A stretch of 64,000 nucleotides of DNA from Eledone cirrhosa (GCA_964016885.1 OZ024741.1:118048001-118112000), one strand, 5' to 3'; numbered from the stretch's first letter, positions 1-13,963 are shown. Program-made: numbers and translations. The notes: a model not told the origin generated them from the letters alone.

Positions 1-1448
1 TAACTTTGCTGTTCATATACACGCATCATACAGTCTGCCTTTCATTTTGAGGGAAAAGCCTTTTGCAACTAGCAGTGGCAGTAGCTCCCTGAACTTCTTC
101 CATCCCGTTCTTACCCTAGTTAATGTACATTCTGAACACCCACCTCCGCTGCTAATTTGGTCACCTAGGTAGCAGAAGCTGTCTACTTATTTCTACAGAG
201 CCCTCCCAGAGTTTGGTGGTACTTGTTTCCTGTGGCTGTTTGCTGCTTGCTGTCCCAGCACAGCTGCTACATGTGAAGCCTAATTCTTAGTTAAGCTTCC
301 TGAGATCCCGCTACATCTCTTGTATACCCATTGTTTGCATTTGGGGCAGAGAATGGAGTTCCTACCTACACCTTTCCTACATACTGAGGAGATCTGGGTT
401 CTGTTTTCTCATCTACTTACAAGGACCTTAGTCTTTGTCAGGTTGACTTTGAGACCCTTTCTTTCTAGTCCCTGCTCTGCTTCCAAGTTTGGAATTTCTT
501 CTCTAGTTCTACCATAGATTCAGCTATAAGTGTGAGGTCATCTGTATAGAGGAGTTCCCATGGGCATCCGGTCTTAAACTCCTCCGTTATTGCCTGCAGG
601 ACTATGATGAACAGGACAGGGCTAAGAACAGAGCCCTGGTGGACACCGACCTGTATGCTAAATTCCTCGCTATACTCATTGCTAATCCTAACTTTGCTGA
701 CTTCTCCCATATACATGGCTTGTACAGCTTTCACAAGCCATTCATCTACTCCTAGTTTTCTAAGAGCCCACCAGATTATAGCATGGGGAACTCTGTCAAA
801 GGCTTTCTCGAGATCGACGAATGCCAGGTAGAGTGGCTTACTTTTAGCTAGGTACTTTTCCTGTAATTGCCTCACAAGGAAGAGGGCATCAGTGGTGCCT
901 TTTCCTGGCACAAACCCAAATTGTATCTCATTTAGTTTCACCCAGTCCCTAATCAACTGTGATATGAACTCTTTCTGTTACTTTCATGACCTGGTCCATC
1001 AGCTTTATACCTCTATAGTTTCCTCTATCTAGTGCATCTCCTTTACCCTTGTAGCAGTTGACAATGATGCTACTGCACCAATCTTTTGGTATGACACCTA
1101 GTATTATCTGGTTAACAATACGTGTGGTTATGGTGTGACCTACCGACCCAGATGCCTTCAGCATCTTGGCAGCTATACCCGATGGACCGGTTGCCTTCCC
1201 TGTCTCCATATCTTTGATTGCCTTACTTACTACGCTGTGGCTGACTTGTACTGCTGGCCCCTCTATAAGGTCCACTTGGGGTAGGATCTCTTCCCATGCA
1301 TTCTCCTCATTTAGTAATCTATCATAATGGCTCTTCCACGCATCTTTCTTCTCAGCACTTGTGAGGGCAAGCTCACCTTTATCATTCCGGATACACTTCT
1401 CTCCAATGACATCACAATTCTCTCTGACACACTGGCTCGCGATCTTGA
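1..1448 (-). mobile_element. Degraded RTE-clade non-LTR retrotransposon (RT region plus downstream PHD-like Cys cluster), running off the window start
   Basis: ORFs 949-1464 and 465-956 give NYRGIKL, QFGFVPGKGTTDA, AFVDLEKAFDRV, GVHQGSVLSP and YTDD (a YADD variant). Further downstream I read VDSFCYLG and GWKKFRELLPLL. Frameshifts and stops are present. Confidence 0.93.
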
Positions 1449-1552
<104 letters not shown>

Positions 1553-1688
1553 AGAGAGAGAGAGTGAGAGAGACATATAATACACTAACCTATCTATCAA
1601 TCTTTGTCTCACAAATATTTTAGTCTGTTATATTATCTTATATATTAGATTATACTACATTATATATGTTTCCCATCTATTTTTGTAG

Positions 1689-1772
1689 TTCTAAAGCAAC
1701 ATGGATTTGGAAAGCATAAATATTTCCATTTGCTGGTAGCGGAATGTAGCCCTGACGATGATTCGGAACTAG
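1689..1772 (+). CDS. Diamine/spermidine-spermine N-acetyltransferase (SSAT, GNAT family), internal exon; earlier exons lie upstream of the window
   Basis: Acceptor ttttgtag| and donor |gtgaga. The 84-nt exon reads LKQHGFGKHKYFHLLVAECSPDDDSEL, resembling the SSAT segment DGFGEHPFYHCLVAE. Its phase fits the next exon. Confidence 0.88.
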
Positions 1773-1809
1773 GTGAGACTTTTATATTTGTTTTATTCCT
1801 TCATTGAAA

Positions 1810-4610
1810 AACTTGTAGAGATTTAGTAATACAACTAACTTCCTTTGACCAAGAATTTGGAATGGTTTAGTAATACAACTAACTTCCTTTGACCAAGAAT
1901 TTGGAATGGTTTAGTAATACAACTAACTTCCTTTGACCAAGAATTTGGAATGGTTTAGTAATACAACTAACTTCCTTTGACCAAGAATTTGGAATGGTTT
2001 AGTAATACAACTAACTTCCTTTGACCAAGATTTTGGAATGGTTTAGTAATACAACTAACTTCCTTTGACCAAGAATTTGGAATGGTTTAGTAATACAACT
2101 AACTTCCTTTGACCAAGAATTTGGAATGGTTTAGTAATACAACTAACTTCCTTTGACCAAGAATTTGGAATGGTTTAGTAATACAACTAACTTCCTTTGA
2201 CCAAGAAATTGGAATGGTTTAGTAATACAACTAACTTCCTTTGACCAAGAATTTGGAATGGTTTAGTAATACAACTAACTTCCTTTGACCAAGAATTTGG
2301 AATGGTTTAGTAATACAACTAACTTCCTTTGACCAAGAATTTGGAATGGTTTAGTAATACAACTAACTTCCTTTGACCAAGAATTTGGAATGGTTTAGTA
2401 ATACAACTAACTTCCTTTGACCAAGAATTTGGAATGGTTTAGTAATACAACTAACTTCCTTTGACCAAGAATTTGGAATGGTTTAGTAATACAACTAACT
2501 TCCTTTAACCAAGAATTTGGAATGGTTTAGTAATACAACTAACTTCCTTTGACTAAGAATTTGGAATGGTTTAGTAATACAACTAACTTCCTTTAACCAA
2601 GAAATTGGAATGGTTTAGTAATACAACTAACTTCCTTTGACCAAGAATTTGGAATGGTTTAGTAATACAACTAACTTCCTTTGACCAAGAATTTGGAATG
2701 GTTTAGTAATACAACTAACTTCCTTTGACTAAGAATTTGGAATGGTTTAGTAATACAACTAACTTCCTTTAACCAAGAAATTGGAATGGTTTAGTAATAC
2801 AACTAACTTCCTTTGACCAAGAATTTGGAATGGTTTAGTAATACAACTAACTTCCTTTGACCAAGAATTTGGAATGGTTTAGTAATACAACTAACTTCCT
2901 TTAACCAAGAATTTGGAATGGTTTAGTAATACAACTAACTTCCTTTGACCAAGAATTTGGAATGGTTTAGTAATACAACTAACTTCCTTTGACCAAGAAT
3001 TTGTAGAGATTTAGTAATACAACTAACTTCCTTTGACCAAGAATTTGGAATGGTTTAGTAATACAACTAACTTCCTTTGACCAAGAATTTGGAATGGTTT
3101 AGTAATACAACTAACTTCCTTTGACCAAGAATTTGGAATGGTTTAGTAATACAACTAACTTCCTTTGACCAAGAATTTGGAATGGTTTAGTAATACAACT
3201 AACTTCCTTTGACCAAGAATTTGGAATGGTTTAGTAATACAACTAACTTCCTTTGACCAAGAATTTGGAATGGTTTAGTAATACAACTAACTTCCTTTGA
3301 CCAAGAATTTGGAATGGTTTAGTAATACAACTAACTTCCTTTAACCAAGAATTTGGAATGGTTTAGTAATACAACTAACTTCCTTTAACCAAGAATTTGG
3401 AATGGTTTAGTAATACAACTAACTTCCTTTGACTAAGAATTTGGAATGGTTTAGTAATACAACTAACTTCCTTTAACCAAGAAATTGGAATGGTTTAGTA
3501 ATACAACTAACTTCCTTTGACCAAGAATTTGGAATGGTTTAGTAATACAACTAACTTCCTTTGACCAAGAATTTGGAATGGTTTAGTAATACAACTAACT
3601 TCCTTTGACTAAGAATTTGGAATGGTTTAGTAATACAACTAACTTCCTTTAACCAAGAAATTGGAATGGTTTAGTAATACAACTAACTTCCTTTGACCAA
3701 GAATTTGGAATGGTTTAGTAATACAACTAACTTCCTTTGACCAAGAATTTGGAATGGTTTAGTAATACAACTAACTTCCTTTAACCAAGAATTTGGAATG
3801 GTTTAGTAATACAACTAACTTCCTTTGACCAAGATTTTGGAATGGTTTAGTAATACAACTAACTTCCTTTGACCAAGAATTTGGAATGGTTTAGTAATAC
3901 AACTAACTTCCTTTGACCAAGAATTTGGAATGGTTTAGTAATACAACTAACTTCCTTTGACCAAGAATTTGGAATGGTTTAGTAATACAACTAACTTCCT
4001 TTGACCAAGAAATTGGAATGGTTTAGTAATACAACTAACTTCCTTTGACCAAGAATTTGGAATGGTTTAGTAATACAACTAACTTCCTTTGACCAAGAAT
4101 TTGGAATGGTTTAGTAATACAACTAACTTCCTTTGACCAAGAATTTGGAATGGTTTAGTAATACAACTAACTTCCTTTGACCAAGAATTTGGAATGGTTT
4201 AGTAATACAACTAACTTCCTTTGACCAAGAATTTGTAGTGATTTAGTAATACAACTAACTTCCTTTGACCAAGAATTTGGAATGGTTTAGTAATACAACT
4301 AACTTCCTTTGACCAAGAATTTGTAGAGATTTAGTAATACAACTAACTTCCTTTGACCAAGAATTTGGAATGGTTTAGTAATACAACTAACTTCCTTTGA
4401 CCAAGAATTTGTAGAGATTTAGTAATACAACTAACTTTCTTTGACAAGAATTTGGAATGGTTTAGTAATACAACTAACTTCCTTTGACCAAGAGTTTGTA
4501 GAGATTTAGTAATACAACTAACTTCCTTTGACCAAGAATTTGTAGTGATTTAGTAATACAACTAACTTCCTTTGACCAAGAATTTGTAAAGATTTAGTAA
4601 TACAAATAAT
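1810..4610. repeat. 44-bp tandem satellite, about 63 copies, in an SSAT intron
   Basis: Unit TTTAGTAATACAACTAACTTCCTTTGACCAAGAATTTGGAATGG repeats head-to-tail (1822, 1866, ...) with no spacers. Confidence 0.98.
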
Positions 4611-5181
4611 TTCGACTTTTACATGAGTATATACGGAATATATATATATATTTTGCCACAACAAAGGCGCCCACTACACTGTAAATGTGGTTGGCATTAG
4701 GAAGGGCATCCAGCCATAGAAACCAAGCCAAAATCAGTTCTGTATGAGTAAGACACAGTCACCTGATCTGACATTTAATGGTGATGAAGATATATACATA
4801 CATATTTAAACCATAAACAGAGCTTTGTTAAAGTTTGGTGAAAAAAACTGAATGTTACTTATTCCATCTGTTATACAATTGCTTATGTACTAATCTCCTT
4901 ATAATATATAACCAGCAATTTCTCTGTCTGTCTGTCCGAAGTGGAAACATGTGCGCGCGTGGTTGCTATCTCTCTCTCTCTCCAGTTATCCCTCTTTTAG
5001 TCTGTCTGTTTCTCTCACTCTCACTCTTTCTCTTTGTAACACACTAACATCCCTCCCCTCTATCGCTGTGACGAATGGGGAGATTGAGGAGGAGGAGGAG
5101 GAGGAGGAGGAGAGAGTCACTTCGTCACTTCACCTCTGCCTTTCTTTCTCTCCCCTCTCACTCCCTCATTACGTACAGACA

Positions 5182-5354
5182 TTAGGGCGGTGGATTGGCA
5201 GAATCTGTAGAGAGTCGGACACCATGCTTCATAGCATGGAGTTACGTCCCTTTACGGTCTGAGTTCAAATACCGCCGAGGTTAACTTTGCCTTTCATCCT
5301 CACGGGGTCGATAAAATAAAGTACCAGTAATGTACTGGGTAATTGCTGGCCTTG
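5182..5354 (+). mobile_element. tRNA-derived SINE (family with core GAGTTCAAATCCCGCCGAGGTTAACTTTGCCTTTCATCC...GTCGATAAAATAAAGTACCAG)
   Basis: A-box-like TGGCAGAATC and B-box GAGTTCAAAT. The same core recurs at about 10270, 17410, 17880, 19100, 19950, 27075, 27310, 44150 and 44280 on +, and at about 6650 and 48540 on -. Confidence 0.85.
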
Positions 5355-6099
5355 TCTATATATCTAAAACAGAGAATGTCTGTCTGTCTGTCTGATTCCT
5401 TACAACTCAAGAACCACCCAACCGAGTTTTTTCAAACTTTACACATGTAATACTTATGGTTGTGTGAGTGTTTGAGCAAATAATATTTCAAATTTTCAAT
5501 ACCCTAGGGACCGCATTAAGCGCCGGTAACGTCACACCCTTATAATATCTGTCTGTATGTCTGGCTGTCTGCATTACGACATTTTGACTTCGCTATCTGT
5601 GTGTGTGTATATATATGTATGTATATGTATATATATGTATATATAGTGTGTGTATATATATACATATACAGTGTGTAACGTTTTTCGAAATATTTACTTC
5701 TGCGTTGACAGATTGATTTTTTTAGTTTCAGAAGATCTCGTTAAGGGTGAAAGCAGCGATTCTTTGCTTAAACTTTAATCTGATATTTAAATATATATAT
5801 ATATATAATTATATATTCGTGTACAGATATTTTTGCATACACAATAACAAAATATAAACAAACGTATTTATTTCACGAGGCTCGACAGCAGCAAAAACAA
5901 CAACAAAAAAGAGAGGGAACGCAATTACATGCTTTTGAAAAATCTTAATGGAAACTTATTTGCCTATTCACCCAAAGCGACTTCACTTTTTATTAGGACT
6001 TCTGCATCAATTGGTGAACGACAAAACTGTTTCAGAAAGGAAGGATAAACATGCCAATCTATGTTTAGAATCCCGAGCAACGCCAGGCCATTTTGCTAG
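5355..6099 (+). mobile_element. Non-autonomous Helitron
   Basis: Starts TCTATATA...(GTCT)n and ends CCCGAGCAACGCCAGGCC...CTAG|T. The 5' end resembles the copy at 20156. Confidence 0.75.
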
Positions 6100-6185
6100 T
6101 CTAATAATTGTGTTATAAATTGTAATTTATATCTATGATGTATTTTTATTGCTTCTTTAATTATTGTTTGTTTGTTTAATCACAG

Positions 6186-6328
6186 CTGGCAAGATTGGTG
6201 GTTATATCCTGTTTTTCTTTGGTTATGACCCTTGGCAAGGAAAATACCTTTATGTGGAAGATTTTTATGTGACCTCCTGTTGTCGAAAAGTTGGTATGGG
6301 TAGTGCCCTCTGGAAAGCTGTCATTAAG
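6186..6328 (+). CDS. SSAT internal exon carrying GNAT motif A
   Basis: Acceptor cacag| and donor |gtaaga. Reads GKIGGYILFFFGYDPWQGKYLYVEDFYVTSCCRKVGMGSALWKAVIK, matching the SSAT pattern YDPWxGKxLYLEDFxV...RxxGxG. Confidence 0.94.
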
Positions 6329-7369
6329 GTAAGAAAGACAGTAAATAATCAACAACAAATCAGATGAATCTTATCTCATTTGTTACTTCTAATAATTGTT
6401 TCTACTTTTGGCACAAGGCCAGCAATTTGAAGGTAAGGGGAAAGTCGATTAAATCAACCCTATTGAGCTGGAAACAATTTTTTTTGTATGTTCCCATAAG
6501 TCTTAGTAAAGTTGTAGGCGCTCTGTTGTGACGTGGCATTTCTTGGACATTTTTGTTTAGACCTGGTGGTGACCAGAGTGATAGAGAGGACTGGCATGAA
6601 ATAGATACAGAAGAAGAATCGACCCCAGTACTAGACTGGTACTTTTTTATCGACCTCAGAAGGATAAAAAGCAAAGTTGATCTCGACGGGATTTGAACAC
6701 ATAATGCAGAAAACGAGAACAAATATTGCAAAGCATTCTAACCAATATTCGAATGCATAGGCAACTGCTGCATGGTGAGGAATTTAGCTTTGAAACCATA
6801 TGGTTTGGGGTTCTATCCCACTGTGTGGCACTTTGAGCAAGTGTCTTCTACTATATCCTTCAGCTGTGAGTGAAAAGTGTATGGAAGCCTATCATGTGTG
6901 TATCTGTGTGTTTGTCTGTCTCCTCTTCTCTTTGAATTTCACATCAACAGCATAGACACTGATATTTTAGATTCTGCATAAACAGAGGTTCTGCTGCTCA
7001 GTGATTAGATATACAAAGATCTGACCTTACTTTTTAAAAAAGTGTAAAAAATAAATACATGCCTTGATACCAAGAAGGGCATTTGGCCATAAAAATGCAG
7101 TAAAAGAAATGTATAAAATATTACTAGCAGTCTTGAATTTCTGCTTTAATTTTTAACTATTAGTTGTTTCTCCAGATGGATGATTGGAATATCGTTTTCT
7201 CATAAACAGCAGAGGAAATAAGTTGTGATAGCCATAAGCTGTTTGAGCTAATTAAGTATCAGACAACCCACCAAACATGTCTTGCATACTCAAGATGTTC
7301 AACAGGACAACTATTATAGTTTCGATTTTTTTTTTGTTATGTGAGCACCGATCCAATGATGACGATGAT

Positions 7370-8070
7370 AAAATGTACCTTGTACACCATATAAAGGTTT
7401 TGGTGATCAAATGAAAACAATATAGGGTAGAGAGGAATCTTCAAATTGGCCACGTATATGACAACTTGGTATCTCATCTTGATACCATGATAAAATTTAC
7501 CTAGTACACTCTACAAAGTTGTAGTATTGGTGGTAGTGTTAATACCACAGAAAATGCTTCCAGTACACTCTGTGAAGTGGTACTGCTAGTGCCATGATAA
7601 AATACACCCAGTACACTTAGTAATGGGGTAGGTAATCAAATAGAAATAATATAGATTACAGATGACTCTTCAGTCTGGCCAAGTATATGACAACCCCTCT
7701 AGTGCTGATGCTATGATAAAATTTATTTAGTACATTCTGCAAAGTGGTAGTGTTGGTACTACTAAAATAATACATCCAATATACTCTATAAAGTGGTTGA
7801 TCAAACAGCACACTCTGTGCAAATACACATAGTACACTCTGCAAAGTGGTAGTGTTGCTACCATGAAAAAAATATATCCAGTACACTATAAATTGGTTGG
7901 TGATCAAACAATACACTCTCTACCATGATAGAATATACCTAGTGCACTCTGCAAAGTGGTAGTGCTGGTGGTCCCCCAAAAATGCACCTTGTACATTCTA
8001 TAAAGTGGTTAAATGCATCCAGTGCACTCTAAAGTGGTTAGCATTAGGAAGGGCATCCAGCTGTAGAGAC
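7370..8070 (+). repeat. Degenerate tandem expansion of a retroelement tail motif (AAATGCACCCAGTACACTCTGTAAAGTGGT)
   Basis: About ten imperfect copies, ending in the TTAGGAAGGGCATCCAGC motif also seen at about 4700, 14240 (-) and 17120 (-). Confidence 0.65.
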
Positions 8071-8437
8071 TATGCCAAAAATGGAACATATGGGCAATAA
8101 GTGGCTCCCAGGTCAATCTAGTCTCAGACTGTGACAACACATCCAACCCATGCCAACAAGGAAAATAGTTGTAAAATGATTGCACATGTAAGTATTTAAT
8201 AAATTCACTTGACAATCATGAGGATCTGGGTTCAATCCCACTCAGTGGCAACTCGGGCAATTAACTTCTACTAAATTAGGATGATGGCATCCCTTCTGAA
8301 GAAAGAGCTCCATGAGGTAGAATGGCTAATGCGGCAGGTATCACTGGCTAGCTATTTATTCTTCTAGGCAATACTTATACCATCTTGACCACTTGAGAGA
8401 CACATCTTAGATATACTGTATAGCTAAGAGTGTAAAG

Positions 8438-8740
8438 CAGTGGTCTCCAACCTTTTTTATACCACAGACAGGCTTCATGCTGGACAATCTTTCCACAGAC
8501 TGCTAGTTAACGTGCATTTCCATAAAGAGAGCAATAATAAAAATAACAATTTATTTAAGGGAAGAAAAAGGGTATTGAGTAGATGAATATTGAATATTTA
8601 AACAAATCTTTTTAAATTAAAGCTCAATATTCAATTTATCTATTATATAATTTTAAACAAGTTAATTATTTCTTTACAGCCCAGTAGCAAATGATCCACA
8701 GACTGGTACTGGTCCGCAGCCCAGTGGTTGGGGAACTCTG
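8438..8740. mobile_element. hAT (Charlie/MER1-like) MITE
   Basis: Terminal inverted repeats CAGTGGTCTCCAACC ... GGTTGGGGAACTCTG, with a perfect 8-bp TSD GTGTAAAG at 8430-8437 and 8741-8748. Confidence 0.9.
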
Positions 8741-9144
8741 GTGTAAAGATTGCCCCCCTCCCACCCCCACTATTTTTGTTTTTTAATTCTGTTCCATTTA
8801 ATCAGCATTCATTGGAATGAATAAATATAATCTACTCTGTTATGTAATAAATAGGTGGTACACAGTAGGATGGGAGATTGTGATGGGACTGGAGATAAGT
8901 GAAGAGGTGTAAACCACCTACTTTGATGTAGCTGTTTTCTCACCCTGCATACCCTCCCATCCTTACCCACTTCAAGAGGGATGAACTTGCCAAGCTGTAA
9001 CACATTCCACCCTCACCTCCCCGGAAAGGCACCTCATTAGCAGTGTCCTTTTGACCTAAACAAGCTTCATCAGACAAGACACAAGAAAATCTTGTTTCCT
9101 GTGTAAAGGTTATACCAGAGAAATGGAACTACAAGCTTCTGAGA

Positions 9145-9455
9145 AATACTACTACTACTACTGCTGTTGCTTGTACTAGTACTACTATTACTGTTACCAC
9201 CACCACCCCTACTACTACTACTACTACTACTTCTACTACTACTTGTACTAGTACTACTGTTACTGCTACCAGCACCACCCCTACTACTACTACTACTACT
9301 ACTACTTGTACTAGTACTACTATTACTGCTACCACCACCACCCCTACTACTACTACTATTGCTGCTGCTATTACTGCTACTACCACCATTATTATTACTA
9401 CCACCTCAAGTACTACTACCAATACCACCACTACAATTGCTACTACTACTATAAT
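9145..9455. repeat. (ACT/ACC)n trinucleotide low-complexity tract
   Basis: Read directly from the sequence. Confidence 0.9.
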
Positions 9456-10679
9456 TTGGAGGTATTTTTGGATTTGCATTCTGGATTCTTTTTTTGGTGC
9501 ATTATGTGGGGGAGGAGGAAGGGGAATTGAGAGAGGAGGGTAGAAATATGACAAGGAATGTAGATAGACATATACTATGGGGGGGGGGGGAGGCAAAAGG
9601 ATGGGTAGATAGATAGACAGGAAGGCAGATAATTTAATGAAGTACTTTAATAATGGTAAGATTCTTACAGAAACTTGTGGAACAATGAAGGTTTTATGGA
9701 GAATTCTAGATACAGAGAAGATGAGAAATATTAATAGTAGAGCTATATATATAGAGAGAGAATTAAATAGATCGAAGGCTATATGCAGTTGTATTCAGGT
9801 TTATTTTCATTTCCATGATAGATATTTTGTTGATGGCTAGATTTCTTCCTACCCATTCTGAACTCATCAAATGATATAAAAAATACTTGAACAATTTCAC
9901 ACAACTAAAAAATTATAAAAAATTATTTTAAAACTTTTCTCAAAAAGATTTTCAAAAAATTCCCTTGAAAAAATTTCTGATACAAGGGACCGGCAGTGGG
10001 TTGTTGTTGTTTCCATGCCAGATGGTCCCAGGGAAATTTTTAAAGATCTTTGGAGAAAATTGTTATTTTAGGAGAGAGTCATGTCCTAATATTGCCAAAA
10101 AAAAACTTTGCAAAACATCACCATTTTGAGAAAATGTTTTTTATAATTTTTAAGTTGTGTGAAATTGTTCAAAGATTTCTATATCATCTGACGAGCTCAG
10201 GCTAGTGGAATGAGTAGGAAGACAACTACCAAATAGAATGCTTTGTGGTATTTGTTTCAGCTCTCTGCTCTCTGAGTTCAAATCCTGCCAAGGTCAACTT
10301 TGCCTTTTATCCATTTGAGGTTGATGTAAAAAGTACCTGTCACATACTGGAGTCGATTCTTCCACTACATCTCTTTCTCATTTCCATTCTCTCACTCTCT
10401 ATCCTTCTTTAGAAGAAATCTGTTGAATTCTGACTTGGAGAGGATGAGTTCCGCCAAGTTTAAAAACGCCCTAAAAGTACTGTGTCAATAAGGTGCCCCT
10501 ACAAATCCTCCAAGATTTATATATACATACATATATATATATATAATATACATATACAACCCATGAAAGTGTTGAAAAACAGACATAAAAGCTATGACGA
10601 TATATATATATATAATATATATAATATATTTTATTTATATATACATATGTATACATATATATATATATATATTATCATT

Positions 10680-12440
10680 ATGACCAGTCAAACATTCCTG
10701 ACAAAATTTCTCCACAAATCATGATTTTCCATTGCTCCTGGCAACTGCTCTCTACTGAGGTTTGTATTATCTAAGAGTTGATCAATAAATGTTCAAGCAG
10801 GTTTTCTACTCTGTCTTCTGTTAGTTGGTTCCCACAATAGTAGCATATGTATAACTTCCTGCTTACTTCTCCAGCAATGTCCTGCAAATTATAACTGTCA
10901 TTGAGTAATTGTAGTTGTTAACTTGGGCAAGTTTCTGTATAAACTTTCATTTGTAATACATTGATGCCAGTTTATGTTTTATAAAACCCTAAGCATTTTG
11001 CATTAAGTATATGCACCAACTAGTTTTCTCTCAGGTGCATATGTCAGGGTCCATGTACCCCATCCATACAACACTTATTCAACAGATGCTCTAAGAATGA
11101 TATTTTTCTTTTTCTGGGTAGATCTGACTTCATATTCTTTCCATTTTGTTCATTGCAGCCCAGACTTTGGAAATTCTAATGTCAATGTCCTTTTTTGATA
11201 AACTTATCCAGCTGTTCAAATATAGAAAATCATCAACTCGATTTAGTATTCCGCCATCCAGTGTGACAAGATTTCCATTTTCTTGGTTTACTGACACGTA
11301 CTCTGCCTTGGTAACATTTATGTGTAGACCAATTTTCCTGGCAAAGAATTTGATTTTATGAAGAAGTTCTTGAGCTTCATCAGTGTTATTTGATTGAAGA
11401 GTTATGTCATTAGCAAAGTCTGTATCACATATAACAGTTGATGGGTTTCATTTACTTCCCTTTTGTGTCAATGTAAAGCTGAGATCTTGTTCATTAACAA
11501 TGGCTTCCATCATGGCATAGTCCAGAGTGATTATATAAAGATATGGTGCCAATGTGTCACCTTGAAGGACACCTGCTAAGATTTAAAAAAACTTTGTTTC
11601 ACCGTCAGGAGAGAGAACTTAAGTCTCCGTGTTTATGTAGAGTACATTTATAGTAGGAACTATGGCATCAAGTATGCCTTATACAACTAGGGCTGGATAG
11701 CCTTTTTGAAGTCAATGAAAGTTTGTACAGCTTTCAGGTTCTTTGATCTGATGCCTTCTAGAAGCCTCCACAGTGTCAATATTTGTGAAACAGTTAATAT
11801 CTTCTGCCTGAAAACATTTTGATTTATCTTGAGTTTCAGGTCTATTTGTGGTCTTATTCTGTTTAGTAGCTTTCTGTTGTAGATTTTAGCTGCAACTACT
11901 GACAAAGTAATTTCTCTGTAATTTGTTGTATATCCCAGGTCACACTTCTTGTGTAGAGGCACTATTCTTCCTTTTCTCCAGATTTTCAGTACATCTCCTT
12001 TGAATGTCTTCGGCAAATTTCAAGCAGCTCATAGTTCATTCATACTTTCCATGCTTCTGTTGGTGTATTATCCAAGCTTTGTTGTTTTTTGTCGACTTGA
12101 TTGCATATTTCAACTCCTCCATTGTAAAAATCACCAATATCAACAGGCAGTGGGTCAAATACCATGTCAATATTTCCTTCAACTATGAAGGGAGGTTGTC
12201 CAAGTATTTTAGCAAATGCACCTTCCACAACTTTACTCTTTCCTTGGAATTTTCAACTTTTATCTTACCTTAGTTGTATCTCTTTCCTCCAGCTATTTCA
12301 TTGATAACACTCCATGCAATCTTTTAGATTTAAGTGGGCATTATGTAGCTTTCTTGATCTTTGAAATAAGCATCATCCAGATTCCTTTTAACTTCAACTA
12401 TAAACAGTTTGTTTCTTTCAGTTGGATGAAGCATGTGTGC
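10680..12440 (-). mobile_element. Degraded RTE-type LINE (RT to 3' end)
   Basis: IVPLHKKCDL...NYREITL, FIDFKKA, GVLQGDTLAPYL and DTDFANDI on the minus strand, with many disablements. The 3' end abuts a (TA)n tract. Confidence 0.85.
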
Positions 12441-12739
12441 ATGTTTAAAAAACACGTGCACACACACATAAATATATAAAATTGGTAATAATTAAAGTCT
12501 TTCATGTGATTCAACTAATCTGACCTCTGACATGCTTGCAATCCACATTTTCTCCGAAAATGAAATGGGAGGGACCCTTGGATTTTTTCAACCCCAGAGA
12601 TTTCTTTAGTGGGAATTTTTTTTCTTTTTTAATTTTTTCATTTGTTTTCAACCAATCTGACATCTGACTCACTCACCAACTATTCCCTTTTCCAAAAATG
12701 GAGGCAGAGAGGGAGGGCATTCTCTGAGTTACAGATAAG

Positions 12740-13495
12740 CACCTCTCAGCCATTTAAAATTATAGAAAAGCAATCCCTTGATACTGAAAGATGTTTTGAT
12801 CTTTTGTTATTTTGTACTGTTGTGGAAAGTGTTGTAAACTTAATTAATCAAGTGTTCCTCAATTACAAAATACACCATTCCAATGAGGAGTGGCTTGTGA
12901 AAGAGCCATTCTTGGCACCCAAAACAACAGAGTGAATGCCATCAACAAAAATCTCTCACAAATGATCCCAGAAAGGAGCCAGACCTATAAACCTATCGAC
13001 AAAGTTGTCGACGAGGATGAAGCTGTTCATTATCCCGTTGAAATTCTCAACAGTCTGGTTCCTTCTGGTATGCTGCCACACAACCTTGAATTGAAGAAGG
13101 GCACAGCTATCATACTTCTCAGAAACCTGGACCAGCCATAATAGGATGCATATGGTTGTAACTGAACTACAGCCTCACATTATCGCAGTTAAAATCCTCA
13201 CTTGATGTTATAAAGGAGACATCGTATTTATGTCTAGAAAACTGCTAATACCAACAAATGTCTCCTTTCATTTCAAATGATTGCATTTCCCAGTGAGAAT
13301 CAGTTATGCCATGACCATTAACACGTGCCAAGGTCAAACACTGCAGGTTGTCAGTCTCCATCTCTAGAAGAGGGCTGTTTCTCACATGGTCAATTGTATG
13401 TAGGTTGTTCCAGAGTAGGAAGTCCCAACAAACTCTTCATATATGCTATAAAGAAAAAAGTTAAAAACATTGTATATACTGAAGTTCTGAATACA
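12740..13495 (+). mobile_element. Helitron PIF1-like helicase pseudogene fragment
   Basis: ERAIL, YPVEILNSLVPSGMLPHNLELKKGTAIILLRNL, YAMTINTCQGQTL, FSHGQLYVGCSRV and NIVYTEVL, spread over frameshifted frames. Confidence 0.9.
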
Positions 13496-13929
13496 TTTTT
13501 CTGTTATTATCTTTATTACTTTCTGTATTTAGATATTCTAAATAAATTTTTTAAATTATCGGCTCCCAAACTATAGTTCTAGTGTGAGCAGTGTATGGCA
13601 TGGCCAACTGGCCTGTCCCTCCTCATAATGGTGGCATCCAGTTCCACACTGTAAACAAGGTTGGTGTTAGAAGACCATCCAGCTACAAAAATCCCAGCTA
13701 AATTACAGTTTTGTTTGAGCAAGGTACAGGGAAATTAACTGGCCAGACTTGCCTCATGATATGGGCAACCCATTTGACCCATGCAAGCATGGAAAAATGG
13801 ACGTTAAATGGTGATGATGATGATGGTATGCAATATTTAAATACCTTTTAACATCTTTTATTTTAAGGAAAATGGGCATTACGAATAGATTTGAGCACAG
13901 TACAGACTGGGTGGCCACCAGTGTGTGTG

Positions 13930-13963
<34 letters not shown>

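Noticed and set aside
1810-4610. CRISPR-like regular array
   Set aside because: The units abut with no unique spacers, there are no cas genes, and it lies in a eukaryotic intron.
5182-5290. tRNA gene
   Set aside because: The A/B boxes belong to multi-copy SINE heads; no full cloverleaf is visible.
10188-10200. CTGACGAG hammerhead-like core
   Set aside because: No GAAA or closing stems downstream; it is part of the MITE-like arm.
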